From positions 5,734 through 69,733 of the forward strand of contig CALRBH010000002.1 of the NCBI GenBank assembly GCA_943354165.1: a stretch of DNA of 64,000 bases. Reading direction: 5' to 3'. A program made the translations under genes and the position numbers. Within the stretch, counting starts at the first letter, position 1; the number at the start of each line of letters is the position of its first letter. Below are positions 45,284 to 54,223 of this stretch, in pieces. Under the pieces are notes generated by a model. That model did no database searches. It saw nothing but the letters and a program-made list of their open reading frames with translations, and was not told the DNA's origin. This DNA comes from Candidatus Uhrbacteria bacterium RIFOXYB12_FULL_58_10. GTDB lineage: Bacteria > Patescibacteriota > Patescibacteriia > UBA9934 > GWF2-40-263.

Positions 45284-46480
45284 ATGTCCCGCCAGGTTTA
45301 CCTCGATCACGCCTCCACGACCCCGCTTGATAAGCGGGTTCTTGAGGCAATGATGCCGTATCTGACGGAGCATTATGGCAACCCATCGAGTTTCCACTCC
45401 ATTGGGAAGGAAGCGAAGGATGCCATCGATGAAGCCCGTGCCAACATCGCCAAACTTCTCGTCGTTCGCCCAGATGAAATCCTGTTCACCTCCGGCGGAA
45501 CAGAAGCAGATAACATGGCGATCCTTGGATACGCTCGTGCAAATAAGGAGAAGGGAATGCACGTCATCATTGGTGCGTTCGAGCATCACGCGGTTTTGGA
45601 ATCCGCGATGCATCTTGAGCGCAAGGAAAATTTTTCCGTGACGTATCTCACTCCTGGTCGCGATGGAAGCATCACGCCAGAACAAGTCGTCGCTGCTCTC
45701 CGTGAAGATACGATTCTCGTTTCTGTGATGATGGCGAACAACGAGATCGGAACCATCGAACCGATCGCAGAAATTGTGAAGGCGGTGAAAGCGTCCAAGG
45801 TTCCAAAGACTCCACCGGTCTTCCACACCGATGCGTGTCAGGCCGCCGGCGTGCTCGACCTCGATGTGAGCAAACTTGGTGTCGACATGCTCGCGATGAA
45901 CGGCGGAAAAATTTATGGACCAAAGGGTGCAGGGTTCCTGTATGTGAAGCGCGGCATCAAGCTTCAGCCGCTCATGTTCGGCGGAAGTCAGGAGCGCGCG
46001 ATTCGTCCTGGTACTGAGAATGTGCCCGCAATCATTGGGCTTGCCTTGGCCTTCAAACTTGCTCAAGAGGAACGTAAGGAAGAAAACGAACGTCTTACTG
46101 TCTTGCGCGATCGTCTCATCAACGGCGTGTTGAAGACAATTACGAAGACGCGCCTCAACGGCCATGCGACCGATCGTCTTCCGAACAACGCAAACCTCTC
46201 CTTCATGGATATCGAAGGCGAAGCGCTCATCCTCTATCTCGACGCCGCGGGAATTTACACATCGACAGGGAGCGCGTGCACGAGTGCCTCGCTTGATCCA
46301 AGCCACGTGATCCTCTCACTCGGTCTTCCGTATGAAGTTGCACACGGATCGATCCGTTTCACTCTCGGTCGATCAACAACACAGGAAGACATCGACTACG
46401 TTTTGGAAACGCTTCCGCCGCTCGTCGCCAAGTTGCGTTCGCTGAGTCCGGTGAACGTGGACGCTAAGTATTTTGCGTAG
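45284..46480 (+). CDS. iscS: cysteine desulfurase (IscS/NifS family)
   Basis: PLP-binding SxHK-type region and catalytic Cys motif (TSTGSACTSAS). 398 aa. Confidence 0.9.
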   Translation: MSRQVYLDHASTTPLDKRVLEAMMPYLTEHYGNPSSFHSIGKEAKDAIDEARANIAKLLVVRPDEILFTSGGTEADNMAILGYARANKEKGMHVIIGAFEHHAVLESAMHLERKENFSVTYLTPGRDGSITPEQVVAALREDTILVSVMMANNEIGTIEPIAEIVKAVKASKVPKTPPVFHTDACQAAGVLDLDVSKLGVDMLAMNGGKIYGPKGAGFLYVKRGIKLQPLMFGGSQERAIRPGTENVPAIIGLALAFKLAQEERKEENERLTVLRDRLINGVLKTITKTRLNGHATDRLPNNANLSFMDIEGEALILYLDAAGIYTSTGSACTSASLDPSHVILSLGLPYEVAHGSIRFTLGRSTTQEDIDYVLETLPPLVAKLRSLSPVNVDAKYFA

Positions 46481-46555
46481 ATAGTAGTTAGTAGATAGTA
46501 GTTAGTAGAGTTGAACTACGAAAAACCTACTAACTACTTACTACTATCTACTAAC
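46478..46555. repeat. TAG-rich palindromic repeat, locus D
   Basis: tagatagtagttagtagatagtagttagtag ... ctactaactacttactactatctactaac. Begins at the iscS stop codon. Confidence 0.7.
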
Positions 46556-46569
46556 TGCGAACCCAACAT

Positions 46570-47244
46570 ATGTCACACGCCCAACCCTCCACTCCCGGCA
46601 CCCAAGGTGATGTTGTCACCAAAGATGGGGCAAAATCATGGTTCTACACCCCCGAGGTGAAGGAGCATTTTTTTCATCCCAAAAACTTTCTCAAGGACGA
46701 TGAGGACATGGCGATGTTCAATGCTGTAGGAAAAGTCGGTTCTCCTGCCTGTGGAGATGAACTTCGGGTTTGGATGCAGGTAGACCCAACTACGGAGAAT
46801 ATCAAGGAATTCCGCTGGAAAACCTTCGGTTGCGGTAGTGCAATCGCCTCAACATCCATGGCTTCGGTGATGGTGACCGAGAACGGCGGAATGACCCTGG
46901 AACAGGCCCGTGGCCTCAAGCCACAGGACATCATGTCACGCCTCGGCGGCCTTCCGCAGCGGAAGTTCCATTGTTCCGTGCTCTGCGACAAGGCTTTGCG
47001 CGATGCCATCAACGACTACTACCGCCGCGCCGGAAAGACGGATAAGATTATCGTCGAGTCCGCCCGCGTCATCGATCCAGTGGCGAAAGTCACTGATCGT
47101 GATATCGAAGAAGCCGTCCTTGAAGGAGCTGTCACAATTGAAGCCGTTCAACAGAAAACGAAAGTCGGCATCGGAAATCCAAGTGTCCTGCCGGCCGTCG
47201 AAGAATTGATTCGCTTCTACAAAGAAAAATATTTTGGCGCCTAA
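46570..47244 (+). CDS. nifU: NifU/IscU-type Fe-S cluster scaffold with C-terminal extension
   Basis: The three scaffold cysteines sit in the contexts GSPACGD, FGCGSAIASTS and HCSVLCD. Extra roughly 90-aa C-terminal domain. Confidence 0.8.
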   Translation: MSHAQPSTPGTQGDVVTKDGAKSWFYTPEVKEHFFHPKNFLKDDEDMAMFNAVGKVGSPACGDELRVWMQVDPTTENIKEFRWKTFGCGSAIASTSMASVMVTENGGMTLEQARGLKPQDIMSRLGGLPQRKFHCSVLCDKALRDAINDYYRRAGKTDKIIVESARVIDPVAKVTDRDIEEAVLEGAVTIEAVQQKTKVGIGNPSVLPAVEELIRFYKEKYFGA

Positions 47245-47245
47245 T

Positions 47246-47512
47246 ATGAAACTCCGCGTGCTCGTCGATCCTGACCTCTGCATTGGTGCCGCCAGCTGCG
47301 TCACCATCATGCCGGAGACGTTCCAAATGAATGGAGAAAACAAAGCGTTCGTCCTCGACCACGGAAAGGAACCGGGTGGCTCCTCTTACGAGCGTTGGAT
47401 CGAAGTTTCTGATGCAGAAAAAGAAACCGTCATCCTCGCTGCGCAATCGTGTCCGACACTCGCCGTATTCATCTTTGATGAAGCCGGCGTTCAGCTCTAT
47501 CCAGAATTGTAG
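47246..47512 (+). CDS. small ferredoxin (single-cluster, CIGAASC type)
   Basis: VDPDLCIGAASCV ... AAQSCP is typical of 3Fe/4Fe single-cluster ferredoxins. 88 aa from MKLRVLV. Confidence 0.65.
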   Translation: MKLRVLVDPDLCIGAASCVTIMPETFQMNGENKAFVLDHGKEPGGSSYERWIEVSDAEKETVILAAQSCPTLAVFIFDEAGVQLYPEL

Positions 47513-47513
47513 T

Positions 47514-48617
47514 ATGCGTCTCGTCATCATCGGCGGGGGAATCGCTGGCGTAACTGCGGCTGAAGAGGTCCGCAAACTCGATTCTGACGCCGAGATCACC
47601 ATCCTGTCCGAAGAATTTCACCCGCTCTACAGCCGGGTCCTTTTACCTCATTTCATTAAAGGAAAGGTGTCTCGCGAGCGTGTTTTCCTTAAAAAGCCCG
47701 AATGGTATTCCGAGAAAAATATCGATTGGCAGCCGGGGGTCGTGGTGAAGTCTATCGATACGAACAACAAGTTTGTTCATACGTCCGAGGAACGCGAGAT
47801 CGAATACGACAAACTTCTCATCGTGACCGGCTGTGACGTCCGCACGATTGGCGAAGACGGAAGCAACGTGTCGTATTGGCGTACGCTCGATGACACCGAT
47901 CATCTTCTCAAGCTGATCGCTTCAAATCCGGCGAAGGCGACCGTCTTCGGCGGTGGATTCATGGCATGCGAATATGTGAATGCGTTCGCACATCATGGAG
48001 TGTCGACCTCCGTCCTGACACGAGGACCTTGGTTCTGGTCAAAAATTCTTTCGAAAGAATCTGGCACCCTCATCAACGCGCACCTCGCCGCGCGTGGTGT
48101 CGACGTAACTCCAAACGCCACCGAGCCAACCGTGATGGATGACAACACGATCTTCGGCATCGGCATCGGCATTCACCCAGAACTTTCGTTGATGCGCGAC
48201 GCGGGTATCGAAGTGAACGAGGGAGTGAAGACGAACGAGTATCTCGAAACGAACGTTCCCGACGTCTACGCCGCCGGCGACGTCGCTGAATTCATGGATG
48301 TGACCGCCGGCCGCCAGCGGGTCGTCGGTAACTACATGAACGCCCAAATGCAGGGTCGAGCTGTCGCTAAGATCATTTGCGGGGAAAAGGTACGGTTTGA
48401 GCTGGTTTCCTCATACGCGACCAATGCCTTGGGTCTGGAAATCATCTTTATTGGCGATACCGACCGAAATGCCGCCGATTCCGTCGAAGTTCAAGGAAGC
48501 GCCAGAGAAGGGGCGGTTTCGGAAAGGTTCTTCCGAGGAGGGAAGTTGGTGGGCGCTGTGCTCATAAATAAGAACCTGGAACGGAAGGTAATTACTGACG
48601 AAATCCGGGGAAGCTAG
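47514..48617 (+). CDS. FAD/NAD(P)-dependent pyridine-nucleotide-disulfide oxidoreductase (ferredoxin reductase-like)
   Basis: N-terminal Rossmann VIIGGGIAGVTAAEE. Second dinucleotide-binding segment. AAGDVAE near the C-terminus. Translationally adjacent to the ferredoxin gene. Confidence 0.8.
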   Translation: MRLVIIGGGIAGVTAAEEVRKLDSDAEITILSEEFHPLYSRVLLPHFIKGKVSRERVFLKKPEWYSEKNIDWQPGVVVKSIDTNNKFVHTSEEREIEYDKLLIVTGCDVRTIGEDGSNVSYWRTLDDTDHLLKLIASNPAKATVFGGGFMACEYVNAFAHHGVSTSVLTRGPWFWSKILSKESGTLINAHLAARGVDVTPNATEPTVMDDNTIFGIGIGIHPELSLMRDAGIEVNEGVKTNEYLETNVPDVYAAGDVAEFMDVTAGRQRVVGNYMNAQMQGRAVAKIICGEKVRFELVSSYATNALGLEIIFIGDTDRNAADSVEVQGSAREGAVSERFFRGGKLVGAVLINKNLERKVITDEIRGS

Positions 48618-48674
48618 GAGCTAGTATCTAGAAGCTAGATTTTCACTAGCTCCTAACTCCTAGCTTCTAGCTCC
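48613..48674. repeat. AGCTAG-type TAG-rich palindrome (variant of the TAG-repeat family), locus E
   Basis: gctaggagctagtatctagaagctag-attttca-ctagctcctaactcctagcttctagctcc. Starts in the stop codon of the oxidoreductase gene. Confidence 0.6.
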
Positions 48675-48814
48675 TATTTCCGCTATTCATAGCAAAATAA
48701 AGCGTCAACCCCCATTGACAAAGAGGGATTTTTGTGCTATAAATCTACGTTCGGAAGATTGGAATGTTTCCAGTCTTCCGCAACAATTTTCGTCAGACAA
48801 CCCAGGAGGAAGCT

Positions 48815-49951
48815 ATGGCAGGTGGACACGGACATGGAAAGAAAGATGACCATCACGCTCCGACGCCGGATCCGAAAGGTTCCAAAGGGGGTTCGAATGG
48901 ACCCAAGCAGGGCGTCTGGGGTGAAATGCTCGGAAAAATGTCTGGATGGATTGGGGCCTTGGCCCTCATCATCCCGACCGCCATCACGGCCAGGTTCGCT
49001 GCTCTGGGCAATGACAATGCCCGTGACGCGTTCACCGGCTTCGCTGGTGAGTGGTTCGAAGACAAGTCCGAGAAGCTGATCAAGAACCCGGGCTCCTGGC
49101 TCAAAAAGCACCTGCCGAAGATCAAGCCGTTCTTCAAGGATGAGAAAGTAAACGCGGCTCTCTCTGAGCTTGCAGGCTTCCTCGTCAAAGAGGGAGCAGG
49201 CAAGCACAAAGGCGCTTACTTCTTCGGCGAGATTCTCACCCGCGGCCTCAAGGGTGTGGGTGAAGGACTCAGTGAAGATGCAGAGATCGAAGCCCTCACG
49301 GCTGGTCTCACTGCGGATGGCACATTCGCGGCAGATACCAAGGTCGGTACCGGCCCCTGTTGCTACATCAAGGGTCGCCGCAGCCGCTACGCCCACTTCA
49401 ACCTGCACTGCGAAAATCTGACCGATGACATCGAGCAGATCGAGCAGCCCAAGGAGAAGACGGTCATGATCGGCACGACCCTCGGTAGAGGCAGGGATGC
49501 AATCCCCGCCATCACCACCGAGACTCACGAGGTGAAGCCGGAAGAGGCCAAGCTGGTGAAAGGTGCTTCCATTGAGGAGGCGCGGCTCGCGAAGAAGTCG
49601 TCGGGATTCTGTCCTGATTGCACACCGGAGAAGTATTTGCGCAGGCCCGATGGCACGCTTGCCGCTCCTCCCGAGACCGAGCAGAAGGAAGATCCCAAGC
49701 ACAAAGACGAGCACGCCGATCACCACGATGAACCGAAGGGGTTCGCCGGCAAGGTGAAGGCAGTCGTCACGGGCTTCCGTGAGGCGGCCGGGGTGGTGGT
49801 GGAAACCATCAACCCGAATCCGCATCGGCTCGATGAGCTCGCGAAGCTCAAGGGCAAGCGCGCGAACAACAAGATCGACATCGCTCGTCACGCCGACGAA
49901 CTGCGCAAGCAGGATCCCAACCATCCGCTGCTCGCGAAGCTCAAGGCGTAG
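48815..49951 (+). CDS. novel His/Lys-rich protein with one N-terminal TM helix and paired-Cys motifs
   Basis: Strong RBS (caggaggaagct-ATG). MAGGHGHGKKDDHH N-terminus. TM WIGALALIIPTAITARFAAL. Cys motifs GPCCY, HCEN, CPDC. His-rich C-terminal region. GC-rich. The long antisense ORF 48737..49924 was judged an artefact. Confidence 0.5.
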   Translation: MAGGHGHGKKDDHHAPTPDPKGSKGGSNGPKQGVWGEMLGKMSGWIGALALIIPTAITARFAALGNDNARDAFTGFAGEWFEDKSEKLIKNPGSWLKKHLPKIKPFFKDEKVNAALSELAGFLVKEGAGKHKGAYFFGEILTRGLKGVGEGLSEDAEIEALTAGLTADGTFAADTKVGTGPCCYIKGRRSRYAHFNLHCENLTDDIEQIEQPKEKTVMIGTTLGRGRDAIPAITTETHEVKPEEAKLVKGASIEEARLAKKSSGFCPDCTPEKYLRRPDGTLAAPPETEQKEDPKHKDEHADHHDEPKGFAGKVKAVVTGFREAAGVVVETINPNPHRLDELAKLKGKRANNKIDIARHADELRKQDPNHPLLAKLKA

Positions 49952-49973
49952 CCCAGCAAGTAGCGACCACTGG

Positions 49974-50069
49974 CTCCGCAGAGACGACGATCCTCGTCGT
50001 CTCTGCGGATGCCCCCAACCTCAATAGAGACGGCCTAATAAGCGTGCAGACGGTCATCCGTCTGTGCAC
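49974..50069 (+). other. two perfect GC-rich hairpins without T-runs (ccgcagagacgacg-atcc-tcgtcgtctctgcgg and gtgcagacgg-tcat-ccgtctgtgcac)
   Basis: Read directly. They lie between 48815..49951 and 50112..51140. Confidence 0.5.
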
Positions 50070-50111
50070 CAGTTCGGCTCTCAACGCAGCAACCAAGAAA
50101 GAAGGTACCTC

Positions 50112-51140
50112 GTGACCACTCCAGCGATCCCTCAAAACCAACCTGCTCCCGCCCTCCCGACGCCCCCGGTGGATCCCGCCGAAGCCTTGGCACAAGCCAT
50201 GGCCGAGGACAACACCGACGCGGCGGACGAAGCCGCCCTGCAAGCGCGGGTGGACAAGCACAACACCTGGTGGGGGCGTGCAAAGGCGGCGGGGATTTTC
50301 CTCGTCGTGCTGCCCCTCGTGATCGTCGCCGGCAGCCTCTGCCTTCTGGGCGGTGGCTGGCTCGCCATCCAGTTCGATTCTCCCATGGGGGGATCACTGG
50401 CGGCACTCCTCGGTGCGATCGGCATCATCGTTGCGATGGGCCCGCTCGCGTTGCTCCAGAATGTGGCGAATTTTGCCACGGCGATCTTCGACAACGTCGG
50501 ATGGCTGAAGGCCTTCAAGGACAAGGTCCCAGACCAGATCACCACGTTCGGGCGGATGTTCTCGATCTTCGCGGCGCTGATGGGACTTTTGACCATCATC
50601 CCCGCGTACCGGGCAAGTGCGCTCATCTGGCTCCACTTCCCGCTCTCGATCACACTGCTCGTAGTGTTCTACATGTTCGCCTTGAGAGAAGCGAAACGTG
50701 ATCCCGAGGACGAGCTGAGCAAAAACCTGGCAAGCAGTGGTCGCCTCATGGGCACCATCGCGAAGGTAGCGATCGTCGTGGCGGCTCTCTCAGCGATTAT
50801 CAACGTATCTCCCGAGGCGCGTGAAGTTCTGCTCGACCAGGGCGGTATCCTGCTCTTGGTCGCCATCGCTCTCATCTATGTCGCCGCAAAGACAGAGAAG
50901 ACGAAGATCACGGTCTTCTCTCTCCTCGGGGCTGCAGTGGCGTGTGGGCTCGCGGTGGTGATGGTGACTCGGGACCAGCCCAAGCACGCTCAACCCGCTG
51001 CGGTCGACTGGACCGTGATTGCCGAGCAAGCAGGGAAGTCGAAACCGCCGCGGTACGTCCCACAAGCTCCTTCCAGCACCAAACGGCCGCTCACCCGCAG
51101 TGAGTTCAAAGCGGAGTTCGACGCCATCGGCATCGAATAA
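50112..51140 (+). CDS. novel polytopic membrane protein (about 7 TM) with Pro-rich N-terminus
   Basis: GTG start after RBS gaaagaagg. Seven hydrophobic helices. GC-rich. No family recognised. Confidence 0.5.
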   Translation: MTTPAIPQNQPAPALPTPPVDPAEALAQAMAEDNTDAADEAALQARVDKHNTWWGRAKAAGIFLVVLPLVIVAGSLCLLGGGWLAIQFDSPMGGSLAALLGAIGIIVAMGPLALLQNVANFATAIFDNVGWLKAFKDKVPDQITTFGRMFSIFAALMGLLTIIPAYRASALIWLHFPLSITLLVVFYMFALREAKRDPEDELSKNLASSGRLMGTIAKVAIVVAALSAIINVSPEAREVLLDQGGILLLVAIALIYVAAKTEKTKITVFSLLGAAVACGLAVVMVTRDQPKHAQPAAVDWTVIAEQAGKSKPPRYVPQAPSSTKRPLTRSEFKAEFDAIGIE

Positions 51141-51196
51141 CGCCCACGTACGATAAACCCCCATCACATCTGTGAGTGGGGGTTTCGTCTTTTCGT

Positions 51197-51408
51197 GGGG
51201 CGGTTGGGTCTGTGGGGGCGGTAAGGGTGGTGAGGGTAGTAAGGGTTGTGAGGGCCGACTCTGCCCCTTACAGTCCATTACAGCCCTTACCGCCCTTACA
51301 ACCCATGAAACTGGCCAAAGGCCAGTTTCACTTAACTCAAGAATATGCTTAACCCAGCTATATATCGTGTCAACACCCCTTGACAAAAGTCTAAAAAAGT
51401 GGTATCTT
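51197..51408 (+). repeat. GTAAGGG/CCCTTAC palindromic repeat + small hairpin + TTGACA-N17-TATCTT promoter cassette, locus 2
   Basis: Seven GTNRGGGNN units (51197-51259) are followed by their inverted CCCTTAC units to 51307, then hairpin gaaactggcc-aaa-ggccagtttc, then a promoter at 51380-51408. A near-identical cassette lies at 63690-63884. Confidence 0.65.
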
Positions 51409-51519
51409 TATCCCGATGTCGAATGAAGCGTACGTGTGCGGATGGTGGGTATTTCTGCCATTTGCACCCGTACCGTTCCTTCGACAAGTACGTTGAAGCA
51501 ACTACAAGGAGTACGGCAG

Positions 51520-52200
51520 ATGAAAATTCTGATGATTCTCGCACTCGTTCTCACGTCGGCCTGTGCCACCGGCTTCGGCCTCGCCTTCGAGACCGATGAT
51601 CGCTACGCCGACTCCGTGAAGTCGGGCGAAGTGAAACGCGATGTGACCGGCGACACGTCCGATGGCGTCAGCACCGACACCACGCTCACCACCACGTTCA
51701 CCCCGGTCAAGGAATCCTCGCGGTGGAGCCTCTTGCTAAACACACCGGAGGGGATCGCCAAGATCTCGAACGCCGGTGCCGTGCGCGATGTCGCGCGAAA
51801 GGGTGACCCGGCCGTGAGCACCAACGACGGCGCCAACATCGCCACCAACGATGCGGCCGTCGGCGGAGGACTCTACGGCAGCGCGTACGGCGGCGGTGGA
51901 ACGAGCCGGCGTAAAGCCATGCTCCAAGCCAACGCAGCCCGCACTCTGCAGCTGCAACAACAGCAACCGTTTGTTCTCCCCACGAGCAGAATGGCTTCCC
52001 AGAAGGAAGTCGAAGTCGTGAAGGAAGACGTCGGCAAGCTGAAGAAAGGCATCAAAGTGATCGCGAAGCAGGTGGAGGAGCTGACCCCAGAAACGTCAGC
52101 CACTCCTCCCGCTCCCGCTCCGCCGCCGGCGCCCGTGACCAGCACGCCGCCGGACAAACCCAGCGGCAAACAACCGGGCGTTCCAGAAACGATCGACTAG
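51520..52200 (+). CDS. hypothetical lipoprotein (Gly/Ala/Pro-rich)
   Basis: RBS caaggag. Signal/lipobox MKILMILALVLTSAC. Pro-rich C-terminus. Confidence 0.5.
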   Translation: MKILMILALVLTSACATGFGLAFETDDRYADSVKSGEVKRDVTGDTSDGVSTDTTLTTTFTPVKESSRWSLLLNTPEGIAKISNAGAVRDVARKGDPAVSTNDGANIATNDAAVGGGLYGSAYGGGGTSRRKAMLQANAARTLQLQQQQPFVLPTSRMASQKEVEVVKEDVGKLKKGIKVIAKQVEELTPETSATPPAPAPPPAPVTSTPPDKPSGKQPGVPETID

Positions 52201-52310
52201 CTCGATCAGCGTCCATTCTCACAACTCTTTTCCCAGAGAGACTTCAATCTCTGGGCTTCCCGCAAGCTGCCGTGTATTTCGCACGGCCGCTTACGCAGAA
52301 GGACTCTCCC

Positions 52311-52793
52311 ATGAACAATCGCTTCTTTTCCCTCGTGTTCGTTCTCATCACCCTCACCTCGGCCTGCGCCAGCACCCAGAACCGCGTGCTGCAGCCCGAG
52401 TTCACCCTCCCGTCCTTCACCCTCGCGGCCTTCGCCGAAGGCTCCGACGTGCAGGCGGGGATCGGCGGCTGCACCCGCAACGGCCGCGGCCTCTGCGTGA
52501 CCTACGCAGCGAACAAGATCGACAACCATGACCTGCGCGATCTCCAGCAGATGTACCTCATCTGTGCCTACGATCCCGCTGACGGTAGCAAGATCGTGAC
52601 CGGCTCTGCCAACGGATGCATCCGGGCCTTCGACAAGATGTCCCCGATCTTCATCGACAATGTTCCATTGCGTGGTCAGGTCACCATCACTCTCGAGCAG
52701 GTCGTCTCCCTCCAGGAACCGCCCGTGATGCTCGCCCGCCGTACCTGCACGAAGGTCCCGGGTCCGTACGAGAACTTCATCAATTGCAACTAA
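52311..52793 (+). CDS. hypothetical Cys-containing lipoprotein
   Basis: Signal/lipobox MNNRFFSLVFVLITLTSAC shares the LTSAC lipobox with the preceding gene. Six further Cys residues. Confidence 0.5.
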   Translation: MNNRFFSLVFVLITLTSACASTQNRVLQPEFTLPSFTLAAFAEGSDVQAGIGGCTRNGRGLCVTYAANKIDNHDLRDLQQMYLICAYDPADGSKIVTGSANGCIRAFDKMSPIFIDNVPLRGQVTITLEQVVSLQEPPVMLARRTCTKVPGPYENFINCN

Positions 52794-52824
52794 ATGAAAA
52801 GAGGGCCAAACTGGCCCTCCACTG

Positions 52825-52856
52825 AACCTGACCACTCGGTCAGGTTTTCTGTTTGT
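52825..52856. terminator. intrinsic terminator (gaacctgacc-actcg-gtcaggttttc)
   Basis: Sits between convergent 52311..52793(+) and the pilin array(-). Confidence 0.55.
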
Positions 52857-52864
52857 ATTCTCAA

Positions 52865-53245
52865 TTAACCTGTTCCGGATGCCGTGGCCAGCGACGAAAC
52901 GACGAAGTTTGCGATGGCGTAGGCGGCGACAATGATCACGAGACCGATGATCGAGTTAGTGATGAGCTTCTTGGCCTGTTCCACCTTCTTTCCCTCACCC
53001 TGGTCTGTGAGGTAGAGGAAACCTGCGTAGACGATAATGACCACGAAGATGATCCCGAGAAGACCGAGGAAGACGTTAATAAAACGTCCGATCAGCTCTG
53101 GTAGCGATTGTGTGCCTACGTTAAGTTTTGTGGCATTAAGTGTGCCAACTGCATCATTAATACCCTGGGCGTGGGTAATAAGCGGCAGGAACGCAGCGCC
53201 TACAGCAGCAGAGACAGCACCGATACGAGCGGTAAGACGGTTCAT
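52865..53245 (-). CDS. VirB2/TrbC-like pilin paralog 1
   Basis: Signal peptide. Conserved core INVFLGLLGIIFVVIIVYAGFLYLTDQGEGKKVEQAKKLITNSIIGLVIIVAAYAIANF (TM-loop-TM with AKK motif). Confidence 0.65.
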   Translation of the reverse strand: MNRLTARIGAVSAAVGAAFLPLITHAQGINDAVGTLNATKLNVGTQSLPELIGRFINVFLGLLGIIFVVIIVYAGFLYLTDQGEGKKVEQAKKLITNSIIGLVIIVAAYAIANFVVSSLATASGTG

Positions 53246-53285
53246 AGATATGGAGATAATTAGTCGATTGGTAGTATATCACGCT

Positions 53286-53726
53286 TTAGGCGGAAGGGAG
53301 CTCATCCGGGAGTGGAGCCCCTGGCCCGGTCTGATTCTGGGAACAGACCGGATCCAGCGGATTGTCTGCACAGATTCTCGCCCGTTCGGCTTCAACCGCT
53401 CCGCGATCCTCGAAGATCCCAAAGATGAGGTTCAAGAGGATGAAGTTTGTCAGGGCGTAGGCGCTGATCACGATGACGATCCCGATGACCGCATTACTGA
53501 TCGTTCCCTTGGCTTTTTTGATCTGCTCCTCGTTTCCCTGAGAGGTAAGATACAGGAAACCCGCGTACACGAGCAAGATCACCAGGGCAAGACCCAGCAT
53601 CCCGAGGACGATGTCGATGAGATATCCGATGCTTTCGGCAATATTGGGAGCGGTGGATCCAGTTGCAAACCCGCCCGTACCTGCGGCGCTGTCCAGACTA
53701 GATTGAAACGAAGATAAGGCGCTCAT
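53286..53726 (-). CDS. VirB2/TrbC-like pilin paralog 2
   Basis: Same core (IDIVLGMLGLALVILLVYAGFLYLTSQGNEEQIKKAKGTISNAVIGIVIVISAYALTNF). Divergent N- and C-termini. Confidence 0.65.
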   Translation of the reverse strand: MSALSSFQSSLDSAAGTGGFATGSTAPNIAESIGYLIDIVLGMLGLALVILLVYAGFLYLTSQGNEEQIKKAKGTISNAVIGIVIVISAYALTNFILLNLIFGIFEDRGAVEAERARICADNPLDPVCSQNQTGPGAPLPDELPSA

Positions 53727-53735
53727 AGGGAGGGA

Positions 53736-54182
53736 TTATGAACCGGACAAGAATACCAATTGCGGAAGGAAGAATGAAACGATCGTGAAGGCGGACACGA
53801 CGATCACGATACCAATAACTGCATTTACCAACGCACCTTTTGCTTTTTTGACCCGCTCAACATCTCCCTGGGCCGTGAGGTACAGAATTCCTCCCCAAAC
53901 AAACAGGACGACGAGGATAAGTCCGGATAAGGCGAGCACAGCATTCACAATCTGACCAATAAGCGGAGCGAGTTTTTGTGGTTCACGGCCAAATCCCGCC
54001 GCATTTCCGGCGTCCTGTAGCCCACCAAGTGTACTCTGCGCCCGCGCGATGGGCGGAAACGCCAATAACCAAAGACTCACAGTCGCTATCCAGGAGGAGT
54101 TTCGCATAACGTTTAAGGGCGCCCCGAGAGGCGCCCTTATGCGCCATGCCCCCTCGCCGTCCCGATTCCCCTCCTTCGCCAA
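53736..54182 (-). CDS. VirB2/TrbC-like pilin paralog 3
   Basis: Core IVNAVLALSGLILVVLFVWGGILYLTAQGDVERVKKAKGALVNAVIGIVIVVSAF. Likely start at internal Met 54107 (MRNSSWIATVSLWLLAFPPIARA). Confidence 0.6.
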   Translation of the reverse strand: MAKEGNRDGEGAWRIRAPLGAPLNVMRNSSWIATVSLWLLAFPPIARAQSTLGGLQDAGNAAGFGREPQKLAPLIGQIVNAVLALSGLILVVLFVWGGILYLTAQGDVERVKKAKGALVNAVIGIVIVVSAFTIVSFFLPQLVFLSGS

Positions 54183-54223
54183 GGAGGGGTTAGGGGTGGT
54201 TGCCGAGAGGTTGGCCTGTCTGT

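Noticed and set aside
45041-46306. 421-aa minus-strand ORF
   Set aside because: Antisense to iscS, which has unambiguous cysteine-desulfurase motifs.
48737-49924. 395-aa minus-strand ORF
   Set aside because: Overlaps the plus-strand 48815..49951 gene, which has a strong RBS and is closed by hairpins. The minus-strand translation is Arg/Leu/Gly-rich junk-like.
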